Position numbers and translations under genes: made by a program. A model generated the notes under the pieces. That model saw only the letters and a program-made list of their open reading frames with translations. It did not search any database and was not told the DNA's origin. A stretch of DNA of 64,000 nt from Octopus sinensis. Taxonomy: Eukaryota. Position 1 is the stretch's first letter; the number at the start of each line of letters is the position of its first letter. Shown here piece by piece: positions 39,873 through 51,712 of this stretch. The stretch spans positions 19,592,001-19,656,000 of the forward strand of contig NC_043024.1 in assembly GCF_006345805.1 (NCBI RefSeq). Direction: 5' to 3'.

Positions 39873-40164
39873 CACCTTGACAAATTTTGACATCTTAGCA
39901 TCTAAAGCAGCTGGAGATACAAAAGTTTGACCAAAAGAACTGGCTATTACAAGCAAAAATAGATATTGAAAGAAATGCATTTGACCAAATGCATTTGCCC
40001 CAATGAAAGGAACACAGTACACTTTGTAAAGAGATTGGCATCAGGAAGGGCATCCAGCCATCAAAAATGTGCCAAAACAGATGATGAATATGGTGTAGTT
40101 CTTTGGCTCACCAGCCTATGTCATAATGTCGGACAGATGCCACCATGCAAAAAACAGATGTTGT

Positions 40165-40191
40165 AGTTGATGAAGATGATGGTGGTGGTGG

Positions 40192-40241
<50 letters not shown>

Positions 40242-40253
40242 GTGATGATGGTG

Positions 40254-40315
<62 letters not shown>

Positions 40316-40331
40316 GATGATGGTGATGGTG

Positions 40332-40367
<36 letters not shown>

Positions 40368-40413
40368 GTGATGATGTTGAGGAAGATGATGGTGGTGATG
40401 ATGATGTAGCAGC

Positions 40414-40475
<62 letters not shown>
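40165..40475. repeat. (GAT)n followed by (GCA)n microsatellites
   Basis: Visible. Confidence 0.95.
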
Positions 40476-41136
40476 GTACAACATGTACTTTCCAGACACT
40501 TATGGTACAGAATTCTGCCCAAATTTACATGAAGAATTTTCTAATTCTCGCAACCAGCAGCAGACTAATTAATTTGCCGGGCATTGTACTCTAAGAAGCT
40601 TGCATCCCAACCACATGGTTCTGGGTTCAGTTCCACTGCATAGCACCTTGGGACAAGTGTCTTCTACTATAGCCTCGGGTCGACCAAAGCCTAGTGAGTG
40701 GATTTGGTAAACGGAAACTGAAAGAACACCATCATGTATGTGTCTGCCACGCCACCCCATGACAACTGGTTTATTTACATGCCTGTGACTTAGCAGTTCA
40801 GCAGAGAGAATGGCAAGATAAGTACCCATAGAAGTAATTTCTGGGGTCAATTCATTTTGACTAAAATTTCTTGAAGGTGGTGCTCCAGCATGGCCAATCT
40901 AATGACTAAAATAAGTAAAAAAAATAAGAGAAAAAGATAAAAGATATTAACAAATTGTATCATTTATACTAATGAACGGCTAATTGTGTTCCATTTAATT
41001 ATCTCAGTAAATTCGATATTCGTTTAATTAAGCGTGTGACACTCCCTGGTTCAGAAAAAAACAAACAAAAAACTATAACATAACATTGAAATAGCATTGG
41101 AACCAAAGGATCCAAAGGCATTAATGTTGTACTTGC

Positions 41137-41171
<35 letters not shown>

Positions 41172-41640
41172 TGTGTATATGTATAGATATACACACACAT
41201 ATATTTTTAATTATACATATACATACATATATGTATGTATATGTACACACATACACACACACACATATATTTCGTTCAAACCAGTTTGTTTGCGATTCCA
41301 TTCTGTTTAAAGTTTCGAAGCCCTTAACAGGGGCCTTTTCTCAGGTCAGTGGAAATCCAAATAAATGATGAGGTGCCCTTTCTTTCATTTGTCCATTGAA
41401 AGAACTTTTTCTTCACCCATTCCCTTCTGCTCATTTCAATATGTGACCGCGTGTGTATTGTTGGCGATTTTCTTTCTCCGTCTTCACTTCCTTGGACCTT
41501 TCCTTTTTCTATGTTTCTGACAAAGAGCTCCGCTTGAAACATCAGGAAAGCGTCCACTAACACTATACTTGTTCCACGTCCTCATGTTGTGTTTTCTCTT
41601 TGTTCATGTTTAGATTAACTATATATATATATATATATAT

Positions 41641-42045
41641 AGGCGCAGGAGTGGCTGTGTGGTAAGTAGCTTGCTTACAAACCACATGGTTCCGGGTTCA
41701 GTCCCACTGCATGGCATCTTGGGCAAGTGTCTTCTGCTATAGCCCTGGGCCGACCAATGCCTTGTGAGTGGATTTGGTAGACAGAAACTGAAAGAAGCCT
41801 GTCGTATATATGTATATATATATGTGTCTGTGCATCTGTGTTTGTTCCCCTAGCATTGCTTGACAACCGATGCTGGTGTGTTTACGTCCCCCGTCACTTA
41901 GCGGTTCGGCAAAAGAGACCGATAGAATAAGTACTGGGCTTACAAATGAATAAGTCCTGGGGTCGATTTGCTCGACTAAAGGCGGTGCTCCAGCATGGCC
42001 GCAGTCAAATGACTGAAACAAGTAAAAGAGTAAAAGAGTAAAGAG
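41641..42045 (+). mobile_element. SINE family A
   Basis: Full head to tail. Confidence 0.9.
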
Positions 42046-42524
42046 TATATATTAAGGCGGCGAGCTGGCAGAAACGTTAGCATGCCAGGCGAAACACGTA
42101 GCAGTATTTCGTCTGCCATTACGTTCTGAGTTCAAATTTCACTGATGTCGACTTTGCCTTTCATCCTTTCGGGGGCTATAAATTAAGTACCAGTTATGCA
42201 CTGGGATCGATGTAATCGACTTAATCCGTTTGTCTGTCCTTGTTTGTCCCCTCTGTGTTTTGCCCCTTGTGGGTAGTAAAGAAATATATATATATATATA
42301 TATATATATTTGGTGAAATAGAAAGATGAATAATCTTGTTGCAGATTAATCAAAAGTTTAACCGATACCTTGGTAGCAAAAATCACAGCAGAAGAAAGCA
42401 TGGTTGGAGGTACAACCATATGGTGTTGCAACCGTGCGTTGGTGCGGATAATTGAATTTTAATATTATTAGTGAATTGAAGAAATGGAGTTGAACGAAGA
42501 TTGAACAGAAATCCTTTTATTGCA

Positions 42525-42604
42525 TTCTACACGTGTTTCGAAAGCCACAATTTACCAAATTCCGATTGAATAAGGAGACCATATTGTGTCTTTCTCTTCA
42601 GGAA
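42525..42604 (-). ncRNA. Type I hammerhead ribozyme motif, mirror copy in left arm of palindrome
   Basis: Exact reverse complement of 42834-42913. Confidence 0.8.
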
Positions 42605-42833
42605 GAAATAGGAATTCCGTTGGCAGAACAAAAACAGAACAGAGGCGCAGCAAAACAAATCGAACGAGGAGGCTCCTAAGAGCCCATGGCCAAACTGTTT
42701 ATCAATGTATGTTGACACGATGTCAACATACATTGATAAACAGTTTGGCCATGGGCTCTTAGGAGCCTCCTCGTTCGATTTGTTTTGCTGCGCCTCTGTT
42801 CTGTTTTTGTTCTGCCAACGGAATTCCTATTTC

Positions 42834-42913
42834 TTCCTGAAGAGAAAGACACAATATGGTCTCCTTATTCAATCGGAATTTGGTAAATTGTGGCTTTCGA
42901 AACACGTGTAGAA
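42834..42913 (+). ncRNA. Type I hammerhead ribozyme motif (Penelope/retrozyme type), right arm of palindrome
   Basis: Stem I TTC(42834-36)/GAA(42911-13). Core CTGAAGA 42837-43. Stem II GAAAG-A-CACAAT (42844-55) pairs with ATTGTG-G-CTTTC (42887-98) with the canonical G10.1-C11.1 pair. GAAA 42899-902. Stem III AC-ACGT-GT (self-complementary ACACGTGT). Cleavage triplet GTA 42908-10; AATAAA follows just downstream. Confidence 0.8.
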
Positions 42914-42975
42914 TGCAATAAAGGATTTCTGTTCAATCTTCGTTCAACTCCATTTCTTCAATTCACTAATAATAT

Positions 42976-43009
<34 letters not shown>

Positions 43010-43459
43010 TATGCACACACATACACACACGTGTGTGTATGTTGTTAAACATCTGTAGCTGCAATATAACTTCTAGGAGAGATTTCATTGAAGACGTAAG
43101 ACGTATGGCATCACAACCACAGGGAACTTCAAAGCTAGCTTCATTGAGCAGCTGCTAACACAAAATTTGAAGTTAGCTCTACTTTGCCTTACTATTGTAC
43201 ATAACCAAATAGATTTTACCCCCTCTAGCAGGCGATTTTGTGTCATTTGGTGTCTCTTTTAATTACTTTACATGTATATTATATCCTTGCACCTCCATCT
43301 AGGAAGTATTGATGCCCTAAATCCACCAGGCACAATTACAATAATTGCTATTCATAATGAAATTATGAAAACAAGCTAATTTAATGTAGGCCGTTAACAC
43401 AAACTTATAGAAAATTGCTTACAGTACCTCAGCACTGAGATCATATTATCACATTATAC

Positions 43460-43848
43460 ATAGGGAAGCACTCCGTCGGTTACGACGATGAGGGTTCCGG
43501 TTGATCCGAATCAACGGAACAGCCTACTTGTGAAATTAACGTGTAAGTGGCTGAGCACTCCACAGACACGTGCACCCTTAATGTAGTTCTCGGGGATATT
43601 CAGCGTGACACAGAGAGTGACAAGGCTGGCCCCTTGAAGTACAGGTACAACAGAAACAGGAAGAAAGAGTGAGAGAAAGTTGTGGCAAAAGAGTACAGCA
43701 GGGATCACCACCATCCCCTGCCGGAGCCTCGTGGAGCTTTTAGGTGTTTTCGCTCAATAAACACTCGCAACGCCCGGTCTGGGAATCGAAACCGCGATCC
43801 TATGACCGCGAGTTCGCTGCCCTAACCACTGGGCCATTGCGCCTCCAC
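43460..43848 (-). mobile_element. tRNA-derived SINE family C with 9-bp TSD ACATTATAC
   Basis: TSD at 43451-59 and 43849-57; tRNA-like head GTGGAGGCGCAATGGCCCAGTGGTTAGGGCAGC. Confidence 0.9.
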
Positions 43849-44321
43849 ACATTATACGTAACCTTTCTCAGCATACATAACCCAAAACTGAAATGTCTTA
43901 CATTATTTAGGAGCTGTGTTACCGTTAAGAAATATTTGTGTATTATCTACATCAGGGATTCTAAACATGGTCAGTACCACCCCTTAGGGGGCATTAGGTT
44001 TGAGGTCGTGGTGAGCTAACATACTTATTTTATCGACCTCAAAAGAGGAATACTTAAGTAGAGCTGTAAAAGCAGAGATCCAAGGGGAGAGAAGCAAAGA
44101 AGACAAAATCCAGAGTTAAGAATGGTTGTTGATGGTCTCTGCTCCTTAGGGAATTTAGGGGATTAAGTAACTAACTCTATCACAACCATTCATGTCAGTT
44201 GTCTGGTTTGAGGATAATTTTTGCTCTTTGTTGATTCCTCTCAGCAGTTTTAGATAAACATGTTGTCAGCAACGAGCTTCCTCTTTGAGCCAAGTTATGC
44301 CAAAAAATAAATCAGAGAGGA

Positions 44322-44499
44322 GTAGGAGTGGCTGTGTGGTAAGTAGCTTGCTAACCAACCACATGGTTCTGGGTTCAGTCCCACTGCGTGGTATCTTGGG
44401 CGAGTGTCTTCTGCTATAGCCCCAGACCGACCAATGCCTTGTGAGTGGATTTGGTAGACAGAAACTGAAAGAAGCCTGTCATATATATGTATGTATATA

Positions 44500-44546
<47 letters not shown>

Positions 44547-44768
44547 GTGTTTGTGTGTCAGTGTTTGTCCCCCTAGCATTGCTTGACAACCGATGCTGGT
44601 GTGTTTACGTCACCGTCACTTAGCAGTTCGGCAAAAGAGACCGATAGAATAAGTACTGGGCTTACAAAAGAATAAGTCCCGGGGTTGATTTTCTCGACTA
44701 AAGGCGGTGCTCCAGCATGGCCGCAGTCAAATGACTGAAACAAGTAAAAGAGTAAAAGAGTAAAGAGA
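44322..44768 (+). mobile_element. SINE family A
   Basis: Full head to tail. Confidence 0.9.
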
Positions 44769-45842
44769 GAGATATCCTTTTTTTGACAAAGAACAGTATT
44801 TGAAATCTTTCCCAACTTTCACCCCTGGGTGTATTACTCTCTTTGCTCCAGTCAACCAAGCTGAAAATTAAGAATCACTCTTACTTCACGCTCTACCAAT
44901 TACTGATAGAACGAACATCTAATTCGAAAACAAGAGAAATAGAAAAAAATCTGTACCAATAATTTATGTACAAATATCAAAAACATTCTGAAGAATCTGC
45001 TCAATTCCGAGTAGTTCATAGAATTTGGTTAGGAATGCTAGAAAACAATGCTTTCAATAACAGGGTGAATGCAGGGCAGCTGTAAAAGTTGAATGAACTC
45101 ACGGTATATATACATACATATATATATATATAAAATAACAATTTAATAAATAAAACATATGCATACATACATCCATATATGTACATACCTACATCTATAT
45201 GTATGTATACACCCATATATGAGTACAGGACACCACACAAAAACGTAGAACACAACGAGAAATGAAAACATAAAAACAAAACATGGAAACGGACGTTTTT
45301 TAACTACGAAAAAACAGAGCACAAGACACACAACACAAGGAACAATCCCCTGTTTCGACTTATTGCATGTTAGGCACAACCACATGGTTCTGGGTTCAGT
45401 CCCACTGTGTGATACCTTGGGCAAGTGTCTTCCACTATAGCCTCGGGCCGACCAAAGCCTTGTGAGTGGATTTGGTAGACGGAAACTGAAAGAAGCCTGT
45501 TGTATATACATATGTGTGTGTGTGTGTGTATGTGTGTCTCTTTTTATTATACACATGTGTGTGTGTGTGTCCATGCACACGTCTGTGTGTGAAAGAACAC
45601 CAAAAAGAATCTTTGATCTTTAAACCATTTGCGTTCTTATTTTATGTAAACCACATTCCTGGAACCTTTCCTACGTTGGATCTGGAACTTACATTGGATC
45701 GTGAAACTGCATTCTGGTGTGCATGGACATATATGAGAATATTTGTGCATGGTATATACACAAATGTGCTGTTCTCAACCATTGCTAGGTATCCTTCATG
45801 TTAAAACGTATCCGTATCCAAAGACATATGATTAATGATATA

Positions 45843-46860
45843 TTGGGTTGGCAAGGAAGTAATTTCCTTTTTCACCAATAGAATTACAATTCTTTTGAAT
45901 AACTTTTGCCAATGTTATGATTTTTTCCTTTTAACATTTGATAGCCGTTACTTTTAGCTCACTTTAGAAGCAAACTGCATGTAATTTTGTTCACAGCTGT
46001 TAGTTCAGTATCATTTTAACACGGAGTGCAAAAACAAACATTTTTTCCATATTTTAATTTTTTATTTCTACAAAGGCAAAAAAAGCTGCTGGGGCTCACA
46101 AAGGGGAATGTGAAGTTTATGGTGTTGATTGTTTAACAGAACGCACATGTCAGAAATTGGTTTAAAAATTCCGTTCTGGAGATTTTTTACTCAAAGATGA
46201 CCACCATTCTGGTCGGCTTACTGAAGTTGATGATAACCAGATCATAGCCATAACTGAATCTGATTGTCATATAACGGAGTGAAAGATTGCAGAGAAGTTA
46301 AATGTTTCACACACAACAATTGAAAATCACTTGAGATGTCTTGGACTCATTAAGAAGCTCAATATTTGGGTTCCGCATTAATTGAAGAGATTCACTTAAC
46401 ACAACGAATCAGTATTTGTGATATGCATCTCAAACGCAATGAAATCGACCATTTTTGTAAGGAATCGTCACTGGTGAGGAAAAATGGATTGTCTAGAATA
46501 ACATCAATCAAAAACGATCATAGTCCAAGCATAATGAACCAGCAGAAACCATATCGAAATTGCATGAAAAAAGGTTGTGTTGTCAGTTTGGTGGGATTAC
46601 AAAGGTGTTGTGTATTTTGAGCTGCTTCCAAGGAACCAAACGATCAATTCAAATGTTTACTGTCAACGACTAATGAAACTGGAGGAAGCAATGAAAGAAA
46701 AACGGCCAGAATTGGCAAATCGTAAAGGAATCATGCTCCACCATGACAACACTAGACCACGCATGTCTTTGCTAACTTGTGAAAAATTATTGGAGTTTGG
46801 TTGGGAACTGATGTCACATCCATCATATAGCCCTGACTTTGCACCATCAGATGGACACTG
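45843..46860 (+). mobile_element. Mariner (DD34D) element, defective, 3'-truncated
   Basis: TA-TTGGGTTGGC 5' end; WVPH, IVTGEEKW (decayed TGDEKW), LSVWWDYKGVVYFELL, HHDN, SPDFAPSD motifs with stops and frameshifts. Confidence 0.9.
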
Positions 46861-47202
46861 CTTGTATGACAGGTGACATTTGATAACACAAACACGCACA
46901 CACCCAAGCAAGAGGTTTCTTTCATTTTCCATCTACCAAATCCACTGACAAGGCTGTGGTTGGTATTACATATATTCATACCCATACATTAATTAGTCAA
47001 TAACTCACACACTACTATTTGTGTGTGTGTGCATATGCAGCTATGGCTGTGGCTAAGTAGTTTACTTCCCAACCATATATGGGTCCAGGTTCAGTCCCAT
47101 GATGTCACCTTGGACAAATGTCTTCTATTACAGTCGTAGGTCAACCAAGCCTTGTGAGTGGTTTTGGTAGACAGAAACTGAAAGAAGCCCATCATGAATA
47201 TA

Positions 47203-48056
47203 CGTGGTCTGATCAATAAATATCCGGACTGTTGCCATAATAACGAAGCGAAAGCCACTTGGCTCAGAATGACTTTGAACTCTTCTGTGCATGTACACTA
47301 AGTTTTAACTTTCGCTGTTTACAGCAGTGCTTGGAAGGAATGTGTGTAGCATGTGATTGTCACACTGACCATGACAGAAAGCTGAGCAGAGAATCTGCAT
47401 TAAATTTTGGCAAAAGCTTGGCGATCCCTTTTCAGGGGCCTACACAAAGTTTCATTCTCAACACCTTCAAGGAGATCTTGTGCAACTGAAACCCGAGTGT
47501 CATTTTGGTCAGCTGAAAGCAGTTTTGGCACAATCTTGGCAGACACGCATCTCATACCCAAATCTTCAGTGATAAAGGACTGAACTGGGCCATAACTAAT
47601 CTGCACATCCTCTGATAACTCACAGATGTGGATTTAACGATTCCCCTCACAGCTGCATGCACATCTGCCTTCGATGTTTTTCTCAGTTTTGCTGGTTGTG
47701 GATCTCTCAGAACGTTTGTCAATATCAATATTTTTTGGCCACCTTGGAAACGTCTAAACCCCTCATACACATGTATGTGGCTCATACACTCCTCTCCGTA
47801 CATTTTCTGCAACTTTGCAAAGGCCTCTGAGCAGGTATCGTCATGACAACTTTCACTTTCAGGATCAATGCACCGATCACACGCTACACACCTTCCTTCC
47901 AAGCACTGCTCTACGCAGCAGAAGTGAGCTAGAAGGTTAAAACGTAGTGCACATGTGTAGCAGAGTTCAAAATCAATCTTTGCCAAGTGGCTTCACTTTG
48001 GGTGCTTTAGTTTTCTTACTATGGGAACAGTCCGGATACTTATTGATCAGACCTTG
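47203..48056. mobile_element. Rearranged mariner derivative with 31-bp TIRs and TA TSD, nested in a family A SINE
   Basis: CGTGGTCTGATCAATAAATATCCGGACTGTT / AACAGTCCGGATACTTATTGATCAGACCTTG; TA at 47201-02 and 48057-58; minus-strand transposase N-terminus (SEAFAKLQKMYGEECMS...EDLGMRCVSAKIVPKLL). Confidence 0.9.
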
Positions 48057-48089
<33 letters not shown>

Positions 48090-48342
48090 CTTTGTACTCC
48101 ACAACTAATTGACAGCTAGTGTTGGTGTGTTTACATCCCCATATCTTAGCACTTCAACAAAAGAAACCAATAGAATAAGTACCAGGCTTAAGGAAAAAAT
48201 GTCCTGTTGTCGATTTGTTAGACTAAAATTCTTCTAGGCAGTGCCCCAGCATGGCCACAATCCAACGACAGAAACAACTAAAAGATGAATGATATATATA
48301 TATATATATATATAATATATATATATATAATATATATATATA

Positions 48343-48376
<34 letters not shown>

Positions 48377-48400
48377 CATATATATACATACATATATATG

Positions 48401-48720
48401 TTGTTATCACTAGGCCTAACTCATTGTAAAGTCAATACCACCATGACCGATATCCAATCTACAGTGGAGAAGGCTAGCCACTGGATTTGGTTAAAAAGAG
48501 ACGATGAGCGATGGCTAGAAGAATATTGAACTTTATTTGATAACCAGTTGATCTAGCAAGCGGGGCCTCATATCAGTGAAGGGGGCCGGTTCGCATTGAT
48601 GCTGTCGAGAGGTAGGCCCCGAAACGGCACACATTCTCTCCTGATGACCCCATACACTTGCTGGCTTCCAGTATGCAGAGCTTTTGACTGGTAGCACTTG
48701 CATGTGCAAGTTGTTTGCAA
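48401..48720 (+). mobile_element. HERO-like (RLE-type) non-LTR 3' end between (TA)n tracts
   Basis: LLSLGL...IQSTVEKASHWIWLKRDDERW* resembles the AExAS.WxWxxR C-terminus of HERO elements (from memory, not aligned). Confidence 0.5.
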
Positions 48721-48789
48721 GACATATATATATATATATATATATGGTAATACCTCACTTTAAGAGAATCTGATTTACAAGACACCAGA

Positions 48790-48980
48790 GGTTTATGAGT
48801 TTTATTTTATAAATTTTTCAAGAACAAGATCCAAATTTAAAACGAAGTGCAAAAGTTTCCACTACCATTACAAATGCTGCTGCATGTTACCGAGAAATTT
48901 ATAGAGAGCGAAAAAAACTTCTTCAAAGCAAATAGCTCCAGACTTGATTTTCAGAAAGAAATCTACAAGTCCATCTACGA
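48790..48980 (+). mobile_element. pogo/Tigger-like transposase C-terminal relic
   Basis: FQEQDPNLKRSAKV...AACYREIYRERKK matches the DPN.ERS.KV...CY.EIY.EKK pattern. Confidence 0.55.
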
Positions 48981-49335
48981 GTGTTTCTAAATTGGTGGTT
49001 GCATCTACAAGTGATGGTGTGTGAGAGTCTAACGTGAACGAAAGTGATTCAGAAAACAATTATAATAATAATAATAATTATAATTTTTATTATAAATGAT
49101 TCGGACATTCTTTCTGCATTACATAAAATATTATTTACAATCTGCTGTTGTTTTATTGCCATTTATTTATGGGAATTATAAATTTTATAGGTAAAATACT
49201 TTTCAGGAACGAATTATGATTTAAAACATTGCTACTATGGGAGATTATTGCTTTCTTTTATGAGTTTTCACTTTACAAGCAATCTCCAGGAACAAATTAA
49301 TTATTAACTTGTATATCGAAGCATTACTGTGTGTC

Positions 49336-49376
<41 letters not shown>

Positions 49377-49403
49377 GTGTGTGTATATATATATGTGTGT
49401 GTA

Positions 49404-49434
<31 letters not shown>

Positions 49435-49459
49435 GTGTATATATATATGTATATATATA

Positions 49460-49869
49460 TAGGTGTAGGAGTGGCTGTTTGGTAAGTAGCTTGCTTACCA
49501 ACCACATGGTTCTGGGTATAGTCCAACTGCATGGTGGCACCTTGGGCAAGTGTCTTCTACTATAGCCTCGGACCGACCAAAGCCCTGTGAGTGGATTTGG
49601 TAGACAGAAACTGAAAGAATCCCATCGTATGTATGTATATATATATATGTATGTGTGGGTGTATATGTTTGTGTGTCTGTGTTTGTCCCCCCCAACATCA
49701 CTTGGCAACCGATGCTGGTCTGTTTACATCCCTGTAACTTAGCGGTTCAGCAAAAGAGACCGATAGAATAAGTACTAGGCTTACAAAGAATAAGCCCTGG
49801 GGTCAATTTCCTCGACTAAAGGCGGTGCTCCAGCATGGTCACAGTCAAATTACTGAAGCGAGTAAAAGA

Positions 49870-49870
<1 letters not shown>
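49460..49870 (+). mobile_element. SINE family A
   Basis: Full head to tail. Confidence 0.9.
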
Positions 49871-49915
<45 letters not shown>

Positions 49916-50749
49916 TCTTTTATATATATCTTCTTTTACTCTTTTACTTGTTTTAGTCATTTGACTGTGGCCATGCTGGAGCACCGCCGCACCGCCTTTA
50001 GTCGAGTAAATCGACCCCAGCACTATATATAGAAAGTATGTGATCACATGGTTTATATAGCACACAGTGCCTGTCATAGGGATGAGAACTTGAATACAAA
50101 TATTTCCATCTGGGGCTTGTACCTCGGCATCAAAAGCTAGCCATAAGAACAATACTTAATTAAGGTGTTACGAAGGGACAAAGGTAGATAAGAACACGTG
50201 TTCACGCTCCTTTTCTTGAGGGACATAATGTAACTCATTGAAACATGCTGTGTTATACACACGATATCATCTGCATATTACATGTGAAAGCATATAATAT
50301 GCATATGTTTCAAGCATAAGTTATTGCACTCCCAAAACAGCTGTCAAGATAAGACATTGCATAATTCCTTTTGTATTCTTTGTTCTTTATTCTGTACTCT
50401 GTATTTCGTGTACATAATACGCTTTAAGCCTACCTGGGTTTATCTGCTTCCTACCTCTCCACGTTCACTCTCTTTCTCACTCTCTCTCTCTCTATATATA
50501 TATATTTATACATATGTATATACACATATATACACATGTGTACGTATGTGCGTGTGTGTGTGTGTATATATATACACGTATACGCACACATACATTGGTA
50601 TGTTTGTGTATATATATATATATATATATATGTATGCATATGTATATACATATATATATATGCATATATATAATGTATTTACATATTTTTATATGTATTT
50701 ATGTATATACATATATATGTACATATGGGTGTTTGTGTGTATCTATGTG

Positions 50750-50784
<35 letters not shown>

Positions 50785-51291
50785 ATAATATATATATATA
50801 TATGTTATATGTGTGTGTGTGTGTGTGCATATATATAGAGAAGAGGTGCTCAAAAGATCCTGGCTTTAAGAGTATTGTGAAAGGCCTAGTTATGAGAGCC
50901 AACCTTCCACGTTCTTTTACATGACATAGAAAAACTGAAGGATCCCTGCAATAAGTGTGTGAATCTGAGAGGGGAATATGTTGAATAAAACCATAATTAA
51001 TTGATCCTCCTCTATTTTCTTTTATGCAAAGTCTGGAACTCTGCAGTAATCCTCGTGTGTGTGTATATATATATATATATATATTCCGAAGTCAGACGCC
51101 ATGATAGATCGTTAGCCACTACACACATTTTTTTTCTCTCCTTGTTTTTTTTTCTGTGTCCCTTTGTGTAGAAGAGCGTAGGCACGAAACGTAAAAGACT
51201 TTTTCTATTCCTGAGCGCTATACTAATATATCTATTTGTTTGTACACCACCTGTCTCTGTCTTTTGTTTATTTTCGTAAACTTTCCCTATA

Positions 51292-51712
51292 TAGGCGCAG
51301 GAGTGGCTGTTTGGTAAGTAGCTTGCTAACCAACCACATGGTTCCGGGTTCAGTCCCACTGCGTGGCATCTTGGGCAAGTGTCTTCTGCTATAGCCCCGG
51401 GCCGACCAATGCCTTGTGAGTGGATTTGGTAGACGGAAACTGAAAGAAGCCTGTCGTATATATGTATATATATATATAAGTGTGTGTGAATATGTTTGTG
51501 TGTCTGTGTTTGTTCCCCTAGCATTGCTTGACAACTGATGCTGGTGTGTTTACGTCCCCGTCACTTAGCGGTTCGGCAAAAGAGACCGATAGAATAAGTA
51601 CTGGGCTTACAAAGAATAAGTCCTGGGGTCGAGTTGCTCGAATAAAGCGGTGCTCCAGCATGGCCGCAGTCAAATGACTGAAACAAGTAAAAAGAGTAAA
51701 GAGTAAAAAGAG
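51292..51712 (+). mobile_element. SINE family A
   Basis: Full head to tail. Confidence 0.9.

Larger units (their letters stand above)
42460..42977. repeat. Near-perfect long palindrome (arms 42460-42717 and 42721-42977, spacer CGA); probable inverted Penelope-type pseudo-LTR / non-autonomous PLE derivative
   Basis: Arms are reverse-complementary apart from one homopolymer indel (AAAA/AAA). The ORF track shows identical 68-aa translations on both strands. The palindrome call is direct; the PLE origin is inferred. Confidence 0.95.

Noticed and set aside
40408-40475. (GCA)n as a coding polyQ/polyA exon
   Set aside because: Embedded in a (GAT)n block with no splice sites or flanking coding sequence.
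42746-42830. HDV-like ribozyme suggested by GGCCATGG...GCCTCCTCG in the palindrome arm
   Set aside because: The bases after TCCTCGT (TCG) cannot form P3 with GCC, and no P1/P2 partners were found.
45843-46876. Active or domesticated mariner transposase (SETMAR-like)
   Set aside because: Multiple stops and frameshifts, first catalytic Asp mutated, 3' end missing, no SET domain.
48575-48650. GGGGCC...GGCCCC-GAAAC and a downstream CTGATGA in the HERO-like 3' UTR as a hammerhead
   Set aside because: Element order and pairing are inconsistent with type I, II or III topology; the core before the stem is CAGTGAA.
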